DNA of 63,824 nt, filler included, from Folioceros fuciformis (lineage: Eukaryota): the NCBI GenBank assembly GCA_049999805.1. It is 4 parts of 3 records of this genome, joined end to end, with 100 filler letters (N's around TTAATTAATTAA, not from the genome) between each part and the next. Parts side by side here need not be neighbours in the genome. Positions count along the whole stretch, not along the records: positions 19,123 to 42,274 come from JBNGIO010006327.1; positions 42,375 to 62,671 come from JBNGIO010006327.1; 2 more parts are not named here. One strand, written 5' to 3'. Shown here piece after piece: positions 33,223-44,047 of this stretch (position 1 is the first letter of the stretch; each line of letters opens with the position of its first letter). The position numbers were made by a program, and so were the translations under genes. Under the pieces are notes generated by a model. It did not search any database and was not told the DNA's origin. It worked only from the letters and a program-made list of their open reading frames with translations.

Positions 33223-35973
33223 TTAGTCCGCATGTGGTGACAGAGGCAAATAGCCTTGTTTCTTCATTTCGGGGAGGAGTTGGTTCAGCTTTGCATAGAT
33301 GGCGTCGCTCTCGGGGTGCTTTTGATCCTGGACCAGAAAGGTATGCACCAGGCCGTCCATGTCTGTCCACCAGCTCTGGCCTGGCTGCTTCCAGGCCCCG
33401 ATTTCCTTTCTCCTGTCCTGCATCTCCTGAGCCTGCTCCCACATCTGGGCAGAGGCGTATATGTTTGACATCAACACGTAGGCTTCTGCGTCCTTTTGGT
33501 TTAGCTTCACTGCTTCATGGAAAATATGGAGTCCCACCTCCACGTTGCTCCACTTCCGGCAGGCACCCAACAAAGTGTGCCAGACGGCGGCATCGGCGAC
33601 AGGCATTGTGCTTACCAGAGCTAATGCTTCGTTCACTTCGCCTGCACGACCCAGGAGGTCCGCCATGCACGTGTAGTGCTCCACTGTAGGAGGGATGCCG
33701 AACTCGCTGCTCATGGCCTCGAAGACGTCTTGCCCCTTGTCCACCAGGCCAGCATGACTGCATGCTGTGAGTAGGCTGACGAAGGTGATACCGTCGGGGT
33801 GGGTGCCGTCCTCTTGCATTCTGTCAAACAAGGCGAACACCTTGGCACTGTCTCCTTGGCGGCTGTAGCCTGCAATAAGTGCACTCCAGGTGCCCACGTT
33901 TGGTTTGGGCAATGCATCAAAGACCTGCTGTGCTTCCACCATGCTCCCCGACTTTGCATACATGTTTATCAAACTGACGGCTATAGATAGATCCCGTTGG
34001 AGACCTTGCTTTTCGATCTCTGTGTGGAGCTGCCTTCCCAGCTGCAGAGCAGCCACGTCTGCACATGCCTGCAGGAGGCACAGAAATGTGACAGAATTCG
34101 GAGGAACCTTCCCTTCTTCTTGCATAGCCCTGAAAAGGCGGATTGCTTCCTGGCCCTTTCCCTGATGGGAATATCCTGCAATCATGGCATTCCATGCCAC
34201 AACGTCTTTCTCACCGAGCCCATCAAACACATCTTGTGCATCTTGCAAGCTGCCACACTTTGCATACATGTTTACCAGACTACTGGCTACAAAAACATCA
34301 ACTTCAAGTTCGCATTCCCTTATCTGTGCATGAAGCTGCTTCCCCGTCTCCAGAGCCAGGGTGCCCACAGTTGCACATGCCTGGAGAAGGCATGCAAACG
34401 TCACAGAGTCAGGTGCCACGATGCCTTCTTCTTGCATGTTCCTGTAAAGATGAAGGGCTTCCTGCCCCATGCCCTGCTGGGAATACCCTCCTATCATGGC
34501 ATTCCACGTCACCACATTCTTTCCACCAAGTCTATCAAAGACACCCTGAGCATCCTGTAAGCTGCTACATTTGGCATACATGTTCACCAAACTACTGGCT
34601 ATGAAAGCATCAGCCTGAAGACCTTGTTCGCCTATCTGGGCATGAAGCTTCTTCCCCTTTTCCAAAGCTGGGGTGCCCACACTGGCACACGCCTGGAGAA
34701 GGCACAAAAAAGTCACAGAATTGGGAACAGCCAGGCCTTCATCTTGCATAGCATCGTGCAGCAAAAGGGCTTCCTTGCCCATCCCGTGCTCCGAATATCC
34801 TGCTATCAGAGCGGTCCATGTCACCACATTCTTTTGATGAAGTCCATCAAACACGCCTTGAGCATCCTCCAGACTTCCACACTTGGCATACATGTTTACC
34901 AGGCTGCCACCGACAACAACATCGCCATCAAGTCCTCGTTCTCGAATCTCTAAATGAAGCTGTTTCCCTTTCCCCAAAGCCGGAGCACCCACACTTGCAC
35001 ATGCCTGCAGGAGGCACACAAAAGTCACAGAGTTCGGTGCAATTACGCCTTCTTCCCTCATATCCCTGTACAGATGAAGAGCTTTCTGCCCCATCCCCTT
35101 TCGAGAATACCCTGATATCATTGCATTCCATGTGACCACATTCTTTGGTCGGAGCCCATCAAACACCCTTTGTGCCTCTTCCAAGCTCCCACACTTGGCA
35201 TACATGTCCACCAAAGAATTACAAAGAAACGGATCAGGCTCAACCCCACTGGCCACCACATCAGCATGCACCTGCTGTCCACTTTCCAAGTCTGCTCCTC
35301 TGGCACAAGCCTGTAGGGCTGCGACAAACACATGGCAATCAGGCTTCACACTTGACCTGCGCATCCGATGGTACAGGCCTATGGCCTGCTTATCTTGCCC
35401 ATGTTTAGCATAGGCAGAAATTATAGCAGACCACGTGAAGGCATCTGGTTTGTCTACCTCGGCAAACACATCCATCGCATCCTGCAACCTGGCATGAGAA
35501 GTATACATTCGCATGATATTGTTGCCCAGGAACGTATCCGATTCATACCCCGCTTTCACAGCCAGGGCATGCACACGACGACCCAGAATCAGATCCCTCT
35601 CAGCCACACATTGCTTTAAGACAGCATAAAAGAGAGAATGAGAAACACGACATTCTATCCGCACCAGCGTTCCCAGCGCCTCAACGGCCTCGCTGAGCTG
35701 CTGGTTCCTGCACAGTTGGCTTACGGTTTCAGCAGTAACCCCAATTTCCAATACTGCAGGCGGCCTGCGAGGCTCAAAATCATCCGGCCCGTTCCCGCTG
35801 GAGGTAGGAGAACGCCAGCCCATCTGCATGTCCAGAGCAACCAGCTGCACATGCACCCTCGCGGGCGAATAGCTCTTGTTGGAACTCTTCTCGTGAAGCC
35901 TGTTCTCCCACCAAAGTGTATGATCCAGGAAAAACTCCCCAGCCAGACATCCTGTTGGGCGGGCTGCGTTCAT
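33223..35973 (-). CDS. PLS-class PPR protein ending in E/E+ domains (no DYW deaminase), intronless
   Basis: Repeated P-L-S triplets (VTWNAMI.GY, VTF.CLLQACA, SLVNMYAKCGSL), HYTCMADLLGRAG, AYVLMSNIYA, PGQSWW, stop after GYLP. Start codon uncertain (35973, 35829 or 35823). Confidence 0.96.
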   Translation of the reverse strand: MNAARPTGCLAGEFFLDHTLWWENRLHEKSSNKSYSPARVHVQLVALDMQMGWRSPTSSGNGPDDFEPRRPPAVLEIGVTAETVSQLCRNQQLSEAVEALGTLVRIECRVSHSLFYAVLKQCVAERDLILGRRVHALAVKAGYESDTFLGNNIMRMYTSHARLQDAMDVFAEVDKPDAFTWSAIISAYAKHGQDKQAIGLYHRMRRSSVKPDCHVFVAALQACARGADLESGQQVHADVVASGVEPDPFLCNSLVDMYAKCGSLEEAQRVFDGLRPKNVVTWNAMISGYSRKGMGQKALHLYRDMREEGVIAPNSVTFVCLLQACASVGAPALGKGKQLHLEIRERGLDGDVVVGGSLVNMYAKCGSLEDAQGVFDGLHQKNVVTWTALIAGYSEHGMGKEALLLHDAMQDEGLAVPNSVTFLCLLQACASVGTPALEKGKKLHAQIGEQGLQADAFIASSLVNMYAKCSSLQDAQGVFDRLGGKNVVTWNAMIGGYSQQGMGQEALHLYRNMQEEGIVAPDSVTFACLLQACATVGTLALETGKQLHAQIRECELEVDVFVASSLVNMYAKCGSLQDAQDVFDGLGEKDVVAWNAMIAGYSHQGKGQEAIRLFRAMQEEGKVPPNSVTFLCLLQACADVAALQLGRQLHTEIEKQGLQRDLSIAVSLINMYAKSGSMVEAQQVFDALPKPNVGTWSALIAGYSRQGDSAKVFALFDRMQEDGTHPDGITFVSLLTACSHAGLVDKGQDVFEAMSSEFGIPPTVEHYTCMADLLGRAGEVNEALALVSTMPVADAAVWHTLLGACRKWSNVEVGLHIFHEAVKLNQKDAEAYVLMSNIYASAQMWEQAQEMQDRRKEIGAWKQPGQSWWTDMDGLVHTFLVQDQKHPESDAIYAKLNQLLPEMKKQGYLPLSPHAD

Positions 35974-37686
35974 TTGCAAGCTTGAGGCCCCAAGAGCTTT
36001 TGCAGCTCGAAGTCCAGCGTATCCTCGAGCAAATCTATGGAATAAAGAGTCCCCTCAACCTGAACTGTAGTTGTAACCCAGTCTACCTATGTCGGCTTTC
36101 TCTGCATCACATCATGTCTTCTATGCTAAAGGAGAGGCCCTTTCAACGGGCCCAGACAACGTCCCAGCCGCCCCGCCACTCCTTTAAACTTTTGCTCTGC
36201 TTTCTGCCTCGTCAGACTGTATCGATGTGGATGTGAAGCAGAATATCAGAAACCACTTTTGCATCGGAAACGGTCAGGCCCCCTGATAGCCTAGGTTTTG
36301 GCCACCGTGGGAAGGTGGAGCAATGGTCGGACGGTGGAGAGGCTTCCCCAACTATGTTTACTGTTCACAGCACACAGTGCTTGATGCTCAGTCCACCATG
36401 AGAGACTTCGATGCGAAGCAAGGATTATGTCTACACTCCAACTGGCCCAGTACAAAACATGGCCACAGCCTTGGCCTCGGATACATGAATTTGTCGTTTT
36501 AGGAGTCCATCCACCCAGATCTCATATGTGACGGGCTTAGAGGGATGAGAGAAAGAATCTCAAGTTCCGGCTTGGCTCAGTTGGGGTATTAGCTTAGGGT
36601 TGGGCACCACAGACCTTGCGAATTCAGTTCGTTCCCATCCAGCTGTCCTGCAACAAAGTTTTGACTGTGCATCAATTTGAACATCACCCGGGGAATCCTT
36701 TTTCCACACCACAACGATTAGCCTCCGATCTTGAATTTGAGAAGTCTCGCCTGTGCGCTGGGTCTATGCCACGGGCACAGGACACTAGCGAAACGTCTGC
36801 AAAGCATGTGGTTTGCCCCCACATCTATCGATCCGTCTACTTCCTCGCACAATAAACAAAGTTTCGACCGGTGTTGTTGCCATGGAGTATGTCCCCAGCC
36901 CCAGCAGCTTGTGTTTCACAGAGTAGGTACATCCTGTCGAAGGGAATCGTTGTTCGTACGGATTAGCTCTCCAAATCCTCCTACTATCCCAAGTTGTGTC
37001 AGGTCCGAATGAGAATCATGAATGCTCCTTCAATGATGGTAAGCATATTTGGGTTAACGCGGATGAGATCAACCCTTCAACCCAGCTACACGTGAAGGGC
37101 GAACGATGATGTTAGGCTCCATCTTCGAAGGAAATGCTATCTTCGTGCATTCTCTTGATATCAGTGACATCGCTAACTATGTACAGCGTATGAAATTCCG
37201 TTCGAAGCTTGAAGTAGGCATTGCAGCGGGATCAGATCCGAGACAAGGATCATGATGGGCTGTTGCCCGTTTGTGTGAAGTAGCAGTGACAAAGATCCGA
37301 TGTGGATACGACGCGAGAAAGAGGGAAGGAGATCCGTCGGTGATACGAGCAGCCCGCAGCGTCGGCAACCACGTTCACACGTCCATTCCTCGTCAACGTC
37401 GACAGTTGCGTGGGGCCCCGACAGCACTGTGTTTAGTGCAGAGTGAAATCAAACGCGTCGTAGTGATATTTCCATCTTGGCAAGGGTTGCAAGCGTCGGT
37501 GAAGGGAGCTGGAGCCTCCAAGTGCGCCGGGAGGAATGTCATGTCTGAGATAGAGGTGGTCCAGGCTGCAATCCAAACGTGAGCCCCACCCACTGAATTC
37601 GCTTTGGGCCCTACCAACCCACTCACTGCCCCGTTCAGGCGTTAGGCTTGACACCGAACCTGCCTCCCAGCTTGGGAGCCGGACCT

Positions 37687-37693
37687 TATAAAA
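37687..37693 (+). promoter_or_regulatory. TATA box of the acidic repeat gene
   Basis: TATAAAA followed by a pyrimidine-rich leader, about 175 bp before ATG 37865. Confidence 0.6.
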
Positions 37694-37864
37694 CACTCCA
37701 CCTCTCTATCCCCTTTCACCTCTACTCTCTCGCTCGCAGTTGCCTCGTCCTGTGGTTGTGGTTTAGCATCTCCTGCCTCTGCCTCCTGTTCTTCCTGCGC
37801 TCCAGCCTCTCATTGCAATCGCATTGCCGTCAGCTTGTTCCGCAATCCGCCCCCGCCGGCCAAG

Positions 37865-38805
37865 ATGAGCTACGCAGACGACTTCACCTCCGCTACTGCC
37901 GACACCTACACATCCGATCGGCCCACAGACTACACTTCCGAGGATACCGGATACGGCGGAGGCAAGGCTGATTCTGGCTACGGGGAGTCAGAGGAGAAGC
38001 CGGCGTCCTACGAGACTTCGGAGTATCAGACCACCTCCTCGGGAGACTACGAGGCCGAGGGGAAGGCGTCCTCTTACGACCAGGACACCCCATCGTCTTA
38101 CGACCAGGACACCCCGTCCTCTTACGACCAGGATGCTCCGTCCTCCTACGAGGCCAGTGAGGACGTGAAGCCTTCCTCCTACGAGGAAGAGGAGGTGAAG
38201 CCGACTTCGGACTCCTACGACCAGGATGTGAAGCCCACCTCTGACTCCTACGACCAGGACGTGAAGCCCGCCTCGGACTCCTACGAGGATGCGGCTCCTA
38301 CCTCGTACGCGGACGCTAGCGAGGACTCGGTTCAGCCCGTTGCTACCACCGAGGATTCGGGCTATGACGCACCTGCATACAAGGACACGGATACTTACAA
38401 GAGTACCACTGACAGCTACGATGACAGCAGCAAGGTATGCGTATGACACTTGGACGCAACGAAGATGCCCTTGCAACCCACTAGGGGCTGGCTGTTTCAA
38501 TGCATATTCCGTTTCGCACTCCTTGACCCCTCCGTGCTTCTTTGCAGGTTGATGCGTATGACAGTGGCAACACAGACGACGCCCCGGTCGCTGCGAAAGA
38601 AGATGACGACGACGGTCTGAGCGTGGGTGAGAAGATTGCAATTGGAGTGGGTGCCACAGCGGCGGTGGCAGCCGCTGGCGTTGGTGGGTATGCGCTGTAC
38701 GAGCACTACAAGCAAGACGATGACACCCCGGCTGCGGCCCCCGCTGCTGGTGCCGAAGATGCGGCTACAGACGAGGCGCCTCCCAAGAAAAGCAGCTGGT
38801 TTTAG
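37865..38805 (+). CDS. Acidic Ser/Asp/Tyr-repeat disordered protein with a C-terminal ASR/ABA-WDS-like half motif, 2 exons, about 275 aa
   Basis: Exons 37865-38434 and 38548-38805 (phase 0, gtatgc...ttgcag). GC-rich third positions. Repeats SSYDQDTP and DSYDQDVKP. Tail KIAIGVGATAAVAAAGVGGYALYEHYK...PKKSSWF. Confidence 0.88.
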
Positions 38806-39743
38806 GCTACTGCTGTCCAAGTGTGTGGTTTGTAAGCAACGTTGGGTAGTACTACACATCGTTGTTTGTGAACTCGTAGTGTATAGCAAATTTTTCACTG
38901 CTGGTCCAGGAGCACTGTGTGCACACCCGGGGATTTCGAAGAGATGGGTATTTGATCTTTCAAGCCATCCCTTTGTGCTCGAGCAATGCGGCTATATGCG
39001 TAGTTTTACCAAGTAGTATGGATGGAGTCCCCTTCCTAATAGTACAAAATGTATGCTTTCCTGGAATTAAACAAGTATGTCTGTAAGCCTGCCCAGTGCC
39101 CAAGCGTTTCCCTTCCTGCCGAGGGCAAAGACGTCTGAATTGGTTGTACATCAGACATTGGGCAAGACTTAGCTTGCAAGCTTGTGCACCCATGCCATCT
39201 CATGCCGTGTCGAGGCTAAGAAGTGGATCGCAATTTTATAGAGACGTTATGTTAAATTCTCCAGCAGTCCAGCGTACTAAACGCTGCACCGTTGGTTGGA
39301 AAGAAAGTCAAGCTCGAGCTCCTAGCCCTGACCGTGCGAGACACCTTTGACGCGATTCGGGATGTGTAACATGCGGTCACACGGCGAAATAAATCCTGGC
39401 AGGGAAAGGGCCGGGGATGAAGCAACCCAGCTGTGCCTGTTGTACATCTTCGAGGGGCGCAAAATTGGGGATCCCAGAAGGGCAAAGGCAACAGGACACA
39501 GCGTGAATGCAAATCATGTGACACGTGTCCTGCACTGACAACGTCAGCAGCAGTCTGGCCACCACTGCGCCTTGTGCTCGCCAGCGCTGGTACCTCATGG
39601 AAGCGTTCCTGCTAATCACTGTCCACTGTCCCGCACATGGGGGAATAGACGTCCGAAAAACCTGACTGGGGAAGTTAATGAATCACAGCTCGAAGCACAC
39701 CATCCGGACTGACCTGGTTAGCTGTAAGCTGCAAGCTGCAAGC

Positions 39744-41041
39744 ATGGCGTACTTAGGGGAGCTGGAACGGTTGGAGCACACCACTGCCACAGTTGGCGGG
39801 CTTGAAGCTGGGTGGTGCCTTAGCTCCACAGCTGGGGCCCGGCTGTGCCTGATTACGAGCCCAGGTTTAACGTGGATCTGGATTTGGGCGAAGAGGACGA
39901 CCAGCTCCAGGTCAGGCCTGGCTTGTGCAGTGTTGTATTGGGATATTTGTGACTGAGTGCGGGGCCCAGGTGATGGGGAGTGACCTCAAGTACCAGCTCT
40001 TGCAGATTCCCCAGTACGCTGCTCCAGACTCCTGCATGGATGAGGACTCGGAGGAGAAATAGTCGGTCATGTGTGCTATGATATGCAAGAGGGCCATCAT
40101 CACATGCAAATGCTTTCTCACATACGAAACCCTATTCCCATCCCACCCACATACATGTACTCGTGATCATTTGAAGATTGGGTGCACCGTTTGACTTGGA
40201 GTACTAAGTATAGTTGGTTTCAAGATGTTCACAGCATCCGCAGACTTTCTCTTCTTATCTGCAACAGCATCTGGGATTGACGGAAATTTGTGGAGGCGGA
40301 AACTGCAGGACCAACTCCTGTTGGAATCTGGGTGGTTGGGTACACAAGGAGGGCCATGACTAGCAGCTATACATGGCTAGCTCACGGGAGTAACTGGACG
40401 GCAGCGGAGGCTTGCAGGGCTGGCGTGCCGGTCGATCATTCCGAAACGGATGAGGACAGGGATGAACAGTCGTCCAGGTGGGTCTGTCACAAAATGGCAG
40501 GTTTGCCTACATACATGTTTCTAACATTATGGAATTGGGTAAATATCAGGCAGAAACTGACGAGTGGAACTACGAACATGCAGGTGTCGTGGGCCTGGTT
40601 TGCAGCAAGGAAGTCCTTCCATGGAGCTTGATTGGGGTGGAATTACGGCAGCTGAGGATGGAAGAGGACAAAAATCAGGAAGTGGAATGCCTGGGAGCAG
40701 ATCATGACTATCATTTTTGCATAAGCGTTCCGGAACTAGTACGGGTCTGGGTCGTTGATACAATATTATACGCAGGGCTTTCTGTGCCCATGTTGATGGT
40801 TACCAAGTCATCTTCAAGCTTTCTGCGATACGCACAGGTTTATTACATGTTTCCAGCCAGCCTCCCGGTGCCAGGCGTCATTCACATTCACGAGCTATCT
40901 CAGGTGCTGCACTACTTCGATCCCGAAACCGTGATCCAAGTTTTGCGCACCGGCTTCAGGGTAATGCCAGCAGAAAGTCACAAGCACTTGCGTTTCTCCA
41001 ATGCATTCGATTGTAAAACAGTGACCCAAGCTTCACATTGA
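39744..41041 (+). pseudogene. Probable disrupted gene of unknown family (possibly F-box/beta-propeller-like)
   Basis: Protein-like stretches (PDYEPRFNVDLDLGEEDDQLQ, LWRRKLQDQLLLESGW, the 187-aa ORF 40478-41041) with splice-like signals, but stops and frameshifts between them. Confidence 0.3.
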
Positions 41042-41275
41042 TACCACAGGCCTGGGCTTGAAAACTTACAGGAATGCCAAGTGCTAGCTGAAGAATCACA
41101 TGACCTCCAGCAAAAGAGGTACGTGAAACATCTACACAAAGCTGCATATGCTTGGCATATGCTACGCAAAGCTAGCCACGCTAGCCCTGAGGAGTTGTTC
41201 TAGTTAAACTTCGAAAGGACCTTTCTACACTGGCTAAAAGGCAGCGGGTTGGACCGATGGCACCGTTGCCGTCGT

Positions 41276-41903
41276 CTAGCTGAACCAGCCGTGCTTCTTA
41301 GGCTCCAGGGACTCCTCCACATCCTCTGCTTGCTCCTTCTTGTGATGCTCGAAAATGCCGAAACCGGCAGCCCCAGCCGCCAAAGCTCCCGCCACTCCAG
41401 CTTCGATCTTATGCCGCGAGGCGCTCTCAGGGTCCACCTTGGCCTCATGCGCTTCGTACTGCACAGCACAGAATTTCGTTCACACGCCAGAGAAAGGCCT
41501 CCGAAATCGCAAGCAGACGAGACCACATTTTGGAAACGTGCATGCATGCACTGCAGAAGAGGTTGCAATCCTAATGCTGGCTCACCAGAGCGAAAGCACC
41601 GGCAGCCAGGGCTCCCACGCCAGCGACCTGCTCCTCGCGCTTGTGCTTGTGCACCTCCGCCTTGGCCTGCTCCAGTTGGTCCACCTTGCTCACCTCCGTG
41701 TACACCTCGGTGGTCTCCACAGTCGCCACCGCCGCCACGGGCGGGGCAGTCTGGCCGTACCCGCCATCCTCCCCGTAGCGATGGCCGCGCGGGCCGTCGA
41801 ACCCCTCCTGGTCGAACTGCGAGGGGCGGTCCTGGTCGTCATTGTCGTCCCGACGATGGTGACGAAAGTGGTGACGAGGCGGGGCATCGTACTCGTCGGC
41901 CAT
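41276..41903 (-). CDS. ASR: ASR (abscisic acid/stress/ripening; ABA_WDS) protein, 2 exons, 166 aa
   Basis: Exons 41903-41586 and 41458-41276. KHKREEQVAGVGALAAGAFAL|YEAHEAKVDPESASRHKIEAGVAGALAAGAAGFGIFEHHKK, with the intron at the usual ASR position. Confidence 0.94.
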
Positions 41904-42274
41904 AGCTCGAGCTCTCACGCACAACAAAAGCGTCGCAACAGACTTCCTAGAACGAATCCGTTTCCAAGCAACAGATCTGAGCAACAGGCCAGGAGATGAG
42001 AATGTACCACAGCAGAGGTCATCTTTTAAGGCCTTGGCTCTCATCCCCACGCGGCGACTGGGTACTGCGTTCTGCGCGTAGACAGAAGCGTGCTGCACCA
42101 GGTACACCCCCCCGCACCTCCCCTCCATCACGTTCCTCCATTACCTGGGTATATCTCGAAATTGAATTCCACCTTCCATGTCCAGATGGAGGTGGAGATC
42201 CATGGATCCCAGCCGCTCGGCGCGCGCTGCCGCGGCTAGATGCAGATCGGTTGCATCCGGATCATTCGCTGCAG

Positions 42275-42374
42275 NNNNNNNNNNNNNNNNNNNNNNNNNN
42301 NNNNNNNNNNNNNNNNNNTTAATTAATTAANNNNNNNNNNNNNNNNNNNNNNNNNNNNNNNNNNNNNNNNNNNN
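42275..42374. other. Scaffold gap with TTAATTAATTAA linker
   Basis: N-run with the linker at 42319-42330. Confidence 0.98.
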
Positions 42375-43320
42375 CGTGCATCATTCATTGAGGCTTGATT
42401 GGGTTGGGTTTGGCGTGGTTGGGGCAGTGGGAGTAGAGGATGTATGTAGTGTATGTATGTAGATTGGAGTTAAGAGTAGCGACGCGCGGAGGGGAAGGGG
42501 AGGTGGAGGGAAGGGCAATGTGGATGTAGTGGTACGGGAGCAGGTGTAAGTGGACGTGTAATTGCGAGGCAGAGGCAGAGGCAGAGGCAGCGGCAGCAGC
42601 AGGTGCATTAGCAGTAGCAGTAGCAGGCAGGCGTAGGGTGGCTCCCAGTTTTTTGAATTCCTGGTACAGGATATTGTAATTGCGTTTGTGCAGGCAGGCA
42701 GCTCCAGATTTAGGGGCCCGGGATCCGTTCCGTGGATGCAGCTGTGGCAGTACTCGGTCCTGTCACCGCTGGATGCTCTGCTCAGCTCAGCTCTCTGGTC
42801 TGTGCTGTGCGCTGTGTGGTCTGTGCTGTGCGCTGTGTGGTCTGTGCTCTGCGCTCTGAGCTCTCTGGTCTGTGCTCTGCGCTTTCGCCTCTGGACGCTG
42901 TGCTTGTGGTACATCCAGTCTGCGTGTCCCGGGCCCCCTGTTGCTGCTGCTGCTGCTGCTTCCACCACATCAAATCCGGGTTGGCACAGACTGCCGTAGA
43001 GTGAATGCGACTTGACCTCGCCCGGGGCCGCGGCCGTGGTACCGGTACCGGTCCCGCTGCTTCCTCACAAGTGTCTGGTCCGGCTGCCTGGCCTGGCCAT
43101 AATGCAAAAGGAAGAAAGAGGGCGAGCGGGCAGGCAGCGCAGGCAGGGGAGACGACGCCCTTGCCGACATGATTGGAATGCAAGGCAGGGCGGGCTAGGG
43201 TAGGGCAGGACTGGCTGGCATTGAAGAGGGGCAGCGCGTATGTGGCGATTTGCGTCTGCTTCCCTGCTGATTTAGAGGGATATGGATCCACCATATTCTC
43301 CGCCACCGGCAGTGCGGGAG

Positions 43321-43420
43321 CTAGGTGTAGCGCTAGAGCGGGGACGAGAGGTAGGTGTAGCGCTAGAGCGGGGACGAGAGGTAGGTGTAGCGCTAGAGCG
43401 GGGACGAGCTAGCTAGGTGT
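43321..43420. repeat. 30-bp minisatellite, about 3.3 copies
   Basis: taggtgtagcgctagagcggggacgagagg repeated. Confidence 0.9.
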
Positions 43421-43947
43421 AGAGCGAGAGCGAGTCCAGAGTCTTTGAGTGTCAGTAGTGGCCTGGAGGCTGGACATTCTTCAGTCGCTCATTGAGCCCC
43501 GGGCCCCGAGTCCCGCTCCCGGAGTCCCAGAGTCCCAGAGTCCTAGAGTCCCAGTCCCAGAGTCCCAGAGTCCCAGTCCCAGAGTCCCAGACCCAGTCCC
43601 AGGCTTTGAATGCGGAGCGAGGCAAGGTGATGATGGATGAGCATGCCCGATGCGGTGAGGCTCCCGGTGGAGCCGTGGAGCGTGCCGCGCCGTGGTGTGC
43701 CGCGCCGTGTCGTGTCGTGTCGTGTCGTGTCCGGAGCCCCGCTTCTTCCCATGTACATGTACATGCATACAAGGCGGGATGTACATGTACAGTAGTACAG
43801 GCTGCATGTTTCTGCATCCATGCGGCATTAAGTGGGGCCTTGACACTCTCTGGTGGAGTTAAGACGAACAAGATAAAAAGTTGAACGCGACGCGGTAGGT
43901 GGGCAGATGGAGATGTTGACCGGGACACGAGGGTGGAGGCTCGGGGC

Positions 43948-44047
43948 NNNNNNNNNNNNNNNNNNNNNNNNNNNNNNNNNNNNNNNNNNNNNNNNNNNNN
44001 NNNNNNNNNNNNNNNNNNNNNNNNNNNNNNNNNNNNNNNNNNNNNNN
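43948..44047. other. Scaffold gap
   Basis: 100 Ns inside a gctcggg repeat. Confidence 0.98.
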
